DNA from: Acetobacterium carbinolicum
Lineage (GTDB): Bacteria; Bacillota; Clostridia; Eubacteriales; Eubacteriaceae
Length of the DNA stretch: 24,000 bases
NCBI RefSeq assembly: GCF_047456275.1
Contig: NZ_CP173357.1
Span: 2,617,105 to 2,641,104 of the forward strand
Reading direction: 5' to 3'
Notes under the pieces: model-generated
The model's database searches: none
What the model was told of the DNA's origin: nothing
Seen by the model: the letters and a program-made list of their open reading frames with translations, nothing else
Translations under genes and position numbers: made by a program
Shown here: positions 16,380 to 23,277 of the stretch, one piece after another
How positions within the stretch are numbered: the stretch's first letter is position 1
Layout of the letters: each line of letters opens with the position of its first letter

Positions 16380-17189
16380 TCAGGATTTGATAAAGTCAGC
16401 AACGACTTGATTAAATTTATCAGCTTCTTCCCAGAATAGCATATGACCGGAATTCTCAAAAAACTCCAGTTTTGCTTCTGGAATCTGCTCAGCAACATAG
16501 GCGCTGCCCTGCCAATCAAAGACAGCACTGTGTCGGGCCACGCAGACCAGGGTCGGAAGATTAATCAATGGCAACAAATCTCGCCAGTCCAGATTAGTGT
16601 GATCCCGCATGATTTCAATACGCACTTTCGGCGGACACTTTGATATCTCATCGGCGATAAATTTTACTTCTTCTGATGTCGGTTCATGATACAGGCAGCC
16701 AAAGGCCAAGCCTTCTGCACTTTCTCGCGGAGCATACTCAATGGCACAACAGGTTCTGATGAACATTTCCACATCATAACAGCCATTTTGTCCCCATACC
16801 CAATCTGGGCCAGTGTATTGGAGCGGTGCCTGATCAACACAAACCAGTTTGCCAACCCGATGATTGCCAAATAATTCCAGATAACTCCACAGTACGGCAA
16901 CCCCCATGGACCATCCCAGTACGGTGACATCTTCAACATCCAGTTGATCCAAAAGTTCTTTCACATCCATCGCATAACGAGAAATCCGGTGACTGTGTAA
17001 GACCTTTTCAGATTCACCATGCCCACGAAAATCCATTACTATTACCTGAAAATTTTCAGCCAGTACATCGCTGTTTTTTTTGAAAAACTGGGTTGTACAA
17101 GTCCATCCGGGAATCATTAGCAAAGGTTTTCCTTTGCCCTTTACCTCATAATATAATTCAACATGATCATTGGTAAAAAAAGTTGCCAT
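16380..17189 (-). CDS. Alpha/beta-fold hydrolase
   Basis: I chose ATG 17189 as the start because it is preceded by aggggga; the longer track start at 17240 lacks an RBS. The nucleophile elbow is GWSMG, in a typical HGxxxS...GWSMG...H layout. Confidence 0.8.
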   Translation of the reverse strand: MATFFTNDHVELYYEVKGKGKPLLMIPGWTCTTQFFKKNSDVLAENFQVIVMDFRGHGESEKVLHSHRISRYAMDVKELLDQLDVEDVTVLGWSMGVAVLWSYLELFGNHRVGKLVCVDQAPLQYTGPDWVWGQNGCYDVEMFIRTCCAIEYAPRESAEGLAFGCLYHEPTSEEVKFIADEISKCPPKVRIEIMRDHTNLDWRDLLPLINLPTLVCVARHSAVFDWQGSAYVAEQIPEAKLEFFENSGHMLFWEEADKFNQVVADFIKS

Positions 17190-17350
17190 AGCTTTCCCCC
17201 TATTATTAATTAATACCTTGCCTGCTTCCCGCTTCGCCATCTAATCAAACCGCTACTCTTTTTCCGATCACTCAGAAACGATCAGCCTCATTCGATACCA
17301 AAGTACGATGTTTCTGTTTTCAAGCTTTATACAAAATACTATTGATTATT

Positions 17351-17378
17351 ATTATACCCAATCTGCAATAGTTTTCAA
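17351..17378 (-). promoter_or_regulatory. Candidate sigma-A promoter for the hydrolase gene
   Basis: The minus strand reads TTGAAA (17373-17378), a 16-nt spacer, then TATAAT (17351-17356). This would give a leader of about 150 nt. Confidence 0.4.
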
Positions 17379-17563
17379 TGGCATTTTAGCCAATTAATTT
17401 CATATTCATTAGACAATTATACAATAAGCACCTTCTTTCTTCGAACTTTTAAAATTATTGTTTAAATTTGCTACTGTTTTTTTTAAAACGAGGATTAAAC
17501 AAATTCCTTGTTCTGGAAAGTTTGACTATATCAAGAGCACCATATCTTTAAAAAAACCTAATA

Positions 17564-17602
17564 AAAAAACAACCAATATTATTTACTACTGATTGTTTTT
17601 TT
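17564..17602 (-). terminator. Probable terminator after the telA-like gene
   Basis: An imperfect A/T-rich stem, aaaaaaacaacca / tgattgttttttt, with one mismatch. It begins 5 nt past the stop codon and its arms are U-rich on the minus-strand RNA. Confidence 0.45.
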
Positions 17603-17606
17603 ATTA

Positions 17607-18758
17607 TTATCGCCTGATTTCAAGCATCTTGACTTTTAAATCATTCTCCAGTTTTTCAAGCTCAACTTCCACTTCTTTTCGTTTCTGACGGCCTTCGGTC
17701 TGGATTCGCAACACCTCATCAAAGGTACTAATCAGAGACTCATTGGAAATCCGCAGCGTTTCAATATCGACAATGCCCCGTTCCGATTCTTTGGCGGTAG
17801 CAATGGATTCCATCTTCAGGGTTTCGGCATTTTTTCGCAATAATTCGTTAGTCATATTGGTGACTTCGCGCTGAGCCTTGGCGGCCTGTCCCGAATGAAC
17901 GACTCCCAGGGCCAAAACCATTTGACTTTTCCATAAGGGAATGGTGTTGACAATCGAAGACTGGATTTTTTCAGCCATCAAGGTATCATTATGTTGAACC
18001 AGTCGGATTTGCGGCGCCATCTGAATCGAAATCATCCGGGTCAGTTCAAGATCATGAATTTTTTTCTCAAAGCGATTGCACATGGCTGACAAATCATTAA
18101 CCGCCTGAGCATCCTCCGGTAATCCGCTGAGCTGTGAGCGTTTGATCAATTCCGGCAAATCTTTATTTTCGACTTCCTTGAGCTTCTTTTTGCCAGCCAT
18201 GATATACATTGACAATTCTTTAAAGTAAGTTTTGTTGACGTCATAAAGTTTATCTAGCATGGCCACATCTTTTAAAAGCTGCATCTGATGTTTTTCCAGG
18301 GCTTCGGTAATCCGGTTGACATTGGTTTCGGCAGTCGCATAACGCGTCTGCATGGAGCTGAGCTTATTGCTGGTTTTTTTGAAAAAGCCCAAAAAACCTT
18401 TCTCTTCTTCCTCAATGTCAAAGTTTCGTAGTTCCATCACCATATCACCCAGCATTTTGCCGACCTCGCCCATGTCTTTAGTGCGGACATTGTTCAGGGC
18501 CGTTTCTGAGAAATCGGCAATTTTCTTCTGGGCTCCAACCCCAAACTGCATCACCAGGCTGGAATTAGTAAGATCAATTTTGCTGGCAAAATCGTCCACC
18601 ATTTTTCGTTCTTCCACCGTCAATCGACTTTCGTCAAAAACTTCCCGTTCACCCTTAAGCTCCTGATGCACATTGGCCGTCATCACCTTTTCTTCTTCGA
18701 ACGGGTCGAAGGTTAAAGTAGGGGTTGCCTGGGAATAATCATTCATATTGTCTTCCAT
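17607..18758 (-). CDS. telA: TelA/KlaA-family toxic-anion-resistance protein (YaaN-like)
   Basis: 383-aa soluble, helical ORF with a gaggag RBS. It shows family-level resemblance to TelA/YaaN and sits downstream of an XpaC-like gene, the same pairing as Bacillus subtilis xpaC-yaaN. Confidence 0.8.
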   Translation of the reverse strand: MEDNMNDYSQATPTLTFDPFEEEKVMTANVHQELKGEREVFDESRLTVEERKMVDDFASKIDLTNSSLVMQFGVGAQKKIADFSETALNNVRTKDMGEVGKMLGDMVMELRNFDIEEEEKGFLGFFKKTSNKLSSMQTRYATAETNVNRITEALEKHQMQLLKDVAMLDKLYDVNKTYFKELSMYIMAGKKKLKEVENKDLPELIKRSQLSGLPEDAQAVNDLSAMCNRFEKKIHDLELTRMISIQMAPQIRLVQHNDTLMAEKIQSSIVNTIPLWKSQMVLALGVVHSGQAAKAQREVTNMTNELLRKNAETLKMESIATAKESERGIVDIETLRISNESLISTFDEVLRIQTEGRQKRKEVEVELEKLENDLKVKMLEIRR

Positions 18759-18848
18759 CGCTATTCTCCTCGTCTTAATTAAGTTGATCCTTTCAAAGCT
18801 TTCATCAATTTAAAATATCATGGTGGGCTTTTCTGAATTCGGATCTTA

Positions 18849-20141
18849 TTACTTCGTCTCTTGTTTTTTAAAATCTCTTTTGGTTAGACCTTCCTGGGCC
18901 AGCATCGTATTAAGCACCGAAATATCCGTTGAAACATCCATTGCCGTGTCTTCATAAAAACTATCCAACAAATTTTCAAAGGCGTGGCTGATGGTGTCCA
19001 GGGTATCTTCAATCTCTTTTTTAGTCGCTAAAATATTGGTGCCCTGAATAGGTTCTGCATCTAAATCCCGATAGACCGAAACTAGCTTTAAGGTGGTCGG
19101 CAGATAATAGCCCATAAACTTCCGAATTTCCGGCAATCCATCCGGATTTTCCTCAATAAATTCAAAGATTTTGGTGATCACTATTTCCAGTCGATCCAGT
19201 TTATGGGAGATTACTTCCCCTGCAATCGCCAGATTAGCTTCGTTAATTTTTCTGATGATATCCTGACCTTCGGCAATCACCTCATGAACCGCCTTCATTT
19301 CCGGATTTTCTGATTCCAGTTTCTTTTTCTGTTCCAACGCTTCCTGTTCACGGCGAGCTCTTTGTTCCTCAAGTTTCTTTCCTGCCTTAAGTTTTAAATG
19401 ATTCTCATAAGCTTCATTACTAAGCAGTAAATATTCTTCCTGTTCATCAAACCGCCCCTCCGGGAACATCCCCAGGCTGATCATCTTACGCAGATCTTTT
19501 AGTACATATTTCTTGCTGCGCCCAATGGGCTCAGACAGTTCGGATATTCTACAAAATTGCCGTCCTTTCAGGCGACTGGCATACTGACGAAACCGTTTTA
19601 CTCGTCCCCGCAGGTTTGACCCCTTTGCCGCCATTAGTGCACTAATCGTAAAAATCGGCAACAGGATTCCGACCCCGATCCCCATCAGTGGCATACTGGT
19701 AAACGCAAAACCAAATACCGATGAAAAAATAAGCAGTAGAAGTAGTGAAACACCAATGCCAATATTTCCAAATATCATCAATAACATGCCGGAAATTCGA
19801 CCATGAGGCGATTTTGAAATCAGGTTATTGGGCCGTCTTTTGACGGGACTATAGGCATTTTGATAATTGTTTTTGGCAAGCATTTCCTTTGCCTGAGGTT
19901 TGTTCATTTTTTCCTGGGCTCTTCTGGCATTGGCCGCCTGCTTTCTGGTTCCCTGGTTGTTTTCCCGCTGCTGTCGCTGCTGCTCCTGCCAATACTGACC
20001 ACTTCGCTTAACTTCATCCATGGCTCGAGCGACAGTCGCCGAAATGTTCTTGTTCAGTTCTTTAAACTCCTCCGAATTCAAGGCATCCTGAACAATATCC
20101 TTGATATCATTACCGATATTCGAATAATCTTTTTTTGTCAT
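18849..20141 (-). CDS. xpaC: XpaC-like (5-bromo-4-chloroindolyl phosphate hydrolysis protein family) membrane protein with extended N-terminus
   Basis: I moved the start to ATG 20141, which has a gggagg RBS 7 nt upstream. A Q/R/K-rich N-terminal region of about 115 aa is followed by two or three TM helices and a C-terminal helical domain. Synteny with a telA-like gene supports the call. Confidence 0.6.
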   Translation of the reverse strand: MTKKDYSNIGNDIKDIVQDALNSEEFKELNKNISATVARAMDEVKRSGQYWQEQQRQQRENNQGTRKQAANARRAQEKMNKPQAKEMLAKNNYQNAYSPVKRRPNNLISKSPHGRISGMLLMIFGNIGIGVSLLLLLIFSSVFGFAFTSMPLMGIGVGILLPIFTISALMAAKGSNLRGRVKRFRQYASRLKGRQFCRISELSEPIGRSKKYVLKDLRKMISLGMFPEGRFDEQEEYLLLSNEAYENHLKLKAGKKLEEQRARREQEALEQKKKLESENPEMKAVHEVIAEGQDIIRKINEANLAIAGEVISHKLDRLEIVITKIFEFIEENPDGLPEIRKFMGYYLPTTLKLVSVYRDLDAEPIQGTNILATKKEIEDTLDTISHAFENLLDSFYEDTAMDVSTDISVLNTMLAQEGLTKRDFKKQETK

Positions 20142-20167
20142 CGTTTGACCTCCCAAACATTGAATTA

Positions 20168-20196
20168 ATTATATCTTATAAAATTTAAAATTTCAA
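20168..20196 (-). promoter_or_regulatory. Sigma-A promoter of the xpaC-telA pair
   Basis: The minus strand reads TTGAAA (20191-20196), a 17-nt spacer, then TATAAT (20168-20173), about 27 nt upstream of ATG 20141. Confidence 0.6.
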
Positions 20197-20270
20197 TTAG
20201 GAAACCATTTCCTGGCGCTATTCTTTAAGTAAATTCAAAATTTTTTTTGATTTTTCGATACAGGCGTCTT

Positions 20271-20301
20271 AAATCTAAAAAAGCTTGAACACATCAAGCT
20301 T
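20271..20301 (-). terminator. Intrinsic terminator after cbiO
   Basis: 8-bp stem aagcttga (20281-20288) / tcaagctt (20294-20301). On the minus-strand RNA it is followed by UUUUagaUUU. A second 8-bp hairpin (20321-20328/20343-20350) lies just after the stop codon. Confidence 0.7.
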
Positions 20302-20366
20302 TAAGCGGTCAAAAGATAACCATACTGATATTAAACCAGTAGTCAGTATGAAAGTTTTTGCGAACT

Positions 20367-21098
20367 CTATCGTACCCGCGGTTTTTGCATGCACAGGGGC
20401 AGCTCCAAATGACATTGAGATAAGAGGTTTTCGTCAAATAGGATATCTCGAACTGTGCCATCTGCAAACACGCTGCCATGATGTAAAATAATCACCCGGT
20501 CACAAATATCAAGGGCCATATCCAAATCATGGGTGGCAATAACTTTGGTCATTTTCAGGGTGTCGAGGGTATTAATTACATTTCGTCTGGCCTGGGGATC
20601 AAGAAATGAGGTCGGCTCATCAAACAAAATAACCCGGGGATTCATGGCTAACACCGAAGCAATGGCAATGACCCGCTTTTCACCACCGGATAAACGATGA
20701 GGCATCCGATCCCGCAGATGAATAATCCCCAACTGTTCCAAAACGTTGACCACCCGCTCTTCTACCACATGTTCATCGAGCAATTCATTTCGCGGACCAA
20801 AGGCAATGTCATCATAAACCTTTGTCATAAACAACTGATCATCCGGATTCTGAAAAACCATCCCGACTTTCCGGCGAATATCTTTCAGCGTTTTTTTCTC
20901 CACTGGCAAATCATCAACTATAATCGCTCCTTCTTTGATCTCAGAAATACCGATAATTAGCTTGAACAAACTGGATTTTCCCGCCCCGTTAGCTCCTACC
21001 AAGGCAATGCTCTCACCCTCTTCGATTTTTAGATTTACATCTCGAATAGCCTGATGGCCGTCGGGATAGGCATAATTCAACTTTTTTATTTCTAGCAT
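20367..21098 (-). CDS. cbiO: ECF/cobalt-nickel transporter ATP-binding protein
   Basis: 243-aa ORF. Walker A is GANGAGKSS, the signature is LSGGEKR and Walker B is VILFDEPTSFLD. It follows cbiQ with a 13-nt gap. Confidence 0.9.
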   Translation of the reverse strand: MLEIKKLNYAYPDGHQAIRDVNLKIEEGESIALVGANGAGKSSLFKLIIGISEIKEGAIIVDDLPVEKKTLKDIRRKVGMVFQNPDDQLFMTKVYDDIAFGPRNELLDEHVVEERVVNVLEQLGIIHLRDRMPHRLSGGEKRVIAIASVLAMNPRVILFDEPTSFLDPQARRNVINTLDTLKMTKVIATHDLDMALDICDRVIILHHGSVFADGTVRDILFDENLLSQCHLELPLCMQKPRVR

Positions 21099-21111
21099 TA
21101 AGAACTCCTCA

Positions 21112-21909
21112 TTATAAAAAACTGCCGATAAACAGGCTCAGATCAAAAAATCGCATCAAACACAAAACACCAGCTACAAAAACCAGATACAACCAATCAC
21201 CCTTATGAATCGGGCTTGGTTTAGCGTAAAGATAATTACCATCGTATCCACGACATTTCATGGCCACATAAATACTCTCAGCCCGATCAAAACTTTTTAA
21301 TAACAACTGCCCCACAAAGATACCCATGTCTTTCATTTTGATACCCTTGGAATCCGGTGCTCTTAAAATATAGGCTGTATACATATTTGAGACCTGCTCT
21401 AACAGCACCGAAATGTAACGATAAGTCAACATAATTTGTTCCACAATAATTTTGGGTACTTTAATCGATAATAATTGATAGGAAATTTTTGGCAATGAAG
21501 TTGTCGCAATCAGGATCAGCACCGCCATGACGGTAAATATCGTTTTAACCATAATAGACGTAAAGGAGATTAAACCATAACTGATCGGAACCGGTCCGAG
21601 CATCAATGCCAGTTGCTGATTAAAAATGATATTGGATAACCCCGCAAAAAAAGAAAAGGGCAAGGCGACCAATAGTCGCTTTAGCAAGGGTTTATAAGGT
21701 ATTTCAGCCAAGGCCATTAAAATCACCGGATAGAAAGCAAACACCACCAGTCCGGTAATATTAAAAGGGTTAAACGAAATAACCAGCACCAGATAAAGCA
21801 TCGTGGTAATCAGTTTGACCATTGGATGAAGACGATGGATGACGGTATTGCCATCGGCCATTTCCTCCAGAGAATTGATCGTATTCATTGAGTCGGTAAT
21901 TGTTGACAT
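21112..21909 (-). CDS. cbiQ: ECF transporter transmembrane (T) component
   Basis: 265-aa polytopic membrane ORF of CbiQ/EcfT type, with a C-terminal conserved region (SFDRAESIYVAMKCRGY). It is flanked by cbiM and cbiO. Confidence 0.85.
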   Translation of the reverse strand: MSTITDSMNTINSLEEMADGNTVIHRLHPMVKLITTMLYLVLVISFNPFNITGLVVFAFYPVILMALAEIPYKPLLKRLLVALPFSFFAGLSNIIFNQQLALMLGPVPISYGLISFTSIMVKTIFTVMAVLILIATTSLPKISYQLLSIKVPKIIVEQIMLTYRYISVLLEQVSNMYTAYILRAPDSKGIKMKDMGIFVGQLLLKSFDRAESIYVAMKCRGYDGNYLYAKPSPIHKGDWLYLVFVAGVLCLMRFFDLSLFIGSFL

Positions 21910-21934
21910 TGAGACTACCTTTCAGTTAAATATT

Positions 21935-21966
21935 AAATAACCTCTGTTTATAAACAGAGGTTATTT
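21935..21966 (-). terminator. Perfect 32-nt palindrome; terminator-like hairpin between cbiM and cbiQ
   Basis: aaataacctctgttta|taaacagaggttattt is exactly self-complementary. On the minus-strand RNA the core is CCUCUG/CAGAGG, the 3' arm is U-rich, and aaUaUUU follows. Confidence 0.45.
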
Positions 21967-22025
21967 AGAAAACTATTGTTAATGTTAACACATAAAGATT
22001 GCTATTTCAATTAGTAATAAATTGT

Positions 22026-23039
22026 CTAAGAAGCTTTTTCTTTTTTCCGTTTGATGGCATAAATCAGATAACCGGTGCCACCTGCCAGGATCAGCGTAAT
22101 ACCGGCCCCAACAATGCCAGAAACACTGGTTCCAGCAGCTGAACCGTCACCATCTGTTGATTTAAAACCATAATCGGGTAGGAAGGCGGTGCTTTCCTGA
22201 ATACTTCCAGCACTGCTGTAAATATCACCATCTGCTTCGAGTTCGGCGGTTCCGGCCACATTTTCCATGGCCCATTCCAGACCATCGGGATTTGCTGATG
22301 CAAAAAGTGATAAACCGCCTCCCACAACGACAGCAAAGATCAGTAGCGTTCCCATTACTTTCTTAATGGAAATATTTTTAGGCAATTTTGTATTTTCAAC
22401 CGATGATTCCAATAACTCCGGCCGCATTTTATATACAAAGACCAAAATTCCGCCGGTCACAATCCCTTCAACCAGACCAATGGCCAGGTGGATCGGAATC
22501 ATTAAACCAACAAAGGTCATAAATGGTAATTCGGTAATTCCCGATGCCAGCGTTTCAAGCACTACTGAAAAGGCGCCTAACGATAAAGCTAAAACGACCG
22601 AAACAATCGCTGCCACGGTAATCCGACTCGGTGTCAGTCCTCTTTTTACAATCGCTTTAAAGACAAAGGGGTAAACCAGCAAACAGGCATAAAAACCCAT
22701 ATTCCAGATATTTGCGCCTAAGGCCAAAAGCCCACCATCGGCAAAGAAGAGTGCCTGAATCAGCAATACCGCAGTAAGGGTTAAAAATGCGGGAAAGGGT
22801 CCCAATAGGGCTGCCAGTAAAATCCCGCCACCAATATGTCCACTGGAACCAGTCCCCGGAATAGTGAAATTAATCATCTGTCCGGCAAAGATCACGGCCC
22901 CCATAACACCCATTAATGGGATCTTTTTTTCATCTAAATCGTCTTTACATTTATACGCCGAATAGGCGATTGCTCCGGCGCTCGCCGCAAGCATGATTCC
23001 TCCAACTGCTGGAGAAACTAAAGCATCTGCCATGTGCAT
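22026..23039 (-). CDS. cbiM: CbiM/NikM-type ECF metal substrate component fused to a C-terminal PDGLE (CbiN-like) domain
   Basis: 337-aa ORF that starts with MH (MHMADALVSP), the metal-ligating N-terminus typical of CbiM/NikM. A conserved His lies in GSSGHIGGG near residue 68. The C-terminal extension contains ANPDGLEW followed by a final TM helix and a KRKKEK tail. There is no separate cbiN gene. Confidence 0.85.
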   Translation of the reverse strand: MHMADALVSPAVGGIMLAASAGAIAYSAYKCKDDLDEKKIPLMGVMGAVIFAGQMINFTIPGTGSSGHIGGGILLAALLGPFPAFLTLTAVLLIQALFFADGGLLALGANIWNMGFYACLLVYPFVFKAIVKRGLTPSRITVAAIVSVVLALSLGAFSVVLETLASGITELPFMTFVGLMIPIHLAIGLVEGIVTGGILVFVYKMRPELLESSVENTKLPKNISIKKVMGTLLIFAVVVGGGLSLFASANPDGLEWAMENVAGTAELEADGDIYSSAGSIQESTAFLPDYGFKSTDGDGSAAGTSVSGIVGAGITLILAGGTGYLIYAIKRKKEKAS

Positions 23040-23187
23040 AATAAAACCTCCTCAAAGTTTAAAAAACCAAACAAAAAAACACGAAATACACCTCCTGAGT
23101 TTCAACTCTGGAGATACCTTCATGGCATCATTTTTGCATCATAAAATTTGATTCGTATCCTGCACTTCAATGCGAAATACTAGCTAA

Positions 23188-23216
23188 ATTATAAATCACT
23201 TGTCTATACATGTCAA
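23188..23216 (-). promoter_or_regulatory. Consensus sigma-A promoter of the cbiMQO operon
   Basis: The minus strand reads TTGACA (23211-23216), a 17-nt spacer, then TATAAT (23188-23193). Both hexamers match the consensus exactly, and the leader to ATG 23039 is about 140 nt. Confidence 0.65.
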
Positions 23217-23256
23217 GAAATAATAACGGGAGTCTGTCGTTTTATCGGCAGACTCC
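23217..23256 (-). terminator. Probable terminator after the carboxypeptidase gene
   Basis: The stem is ggagtctg (23229-23236) / cagactcc (23249-23256) plus two or three inner pairs. On the minus-strand RNA it is followed by cgUUaUUaUUUcU. Confidence 0.5.
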
Positions 23257-23277
23257 GCCTACTCAGTACCACTTAAT

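Noticed and set aside
16325-16528. 67-aa minus-strand ORF at the hydrolase 3' end
   Set aside because: It overlaps the alpha/beta-hydrolase CDS out of frame and runs through that gene's terminator hairpin (16333-16366), so it is a shadow ORF.
20-23039. Functional link between the LarE-like gene and the CbiM(N)QO importer as a split lar (nickel-pincer cofactor) cluster
   Set aside because: The two are about 20 kb apart, on opposite strands, and separated by unrelated operons. No larA, larB or larC is visible, so co-occurrence in one window is not evidence of linkage.
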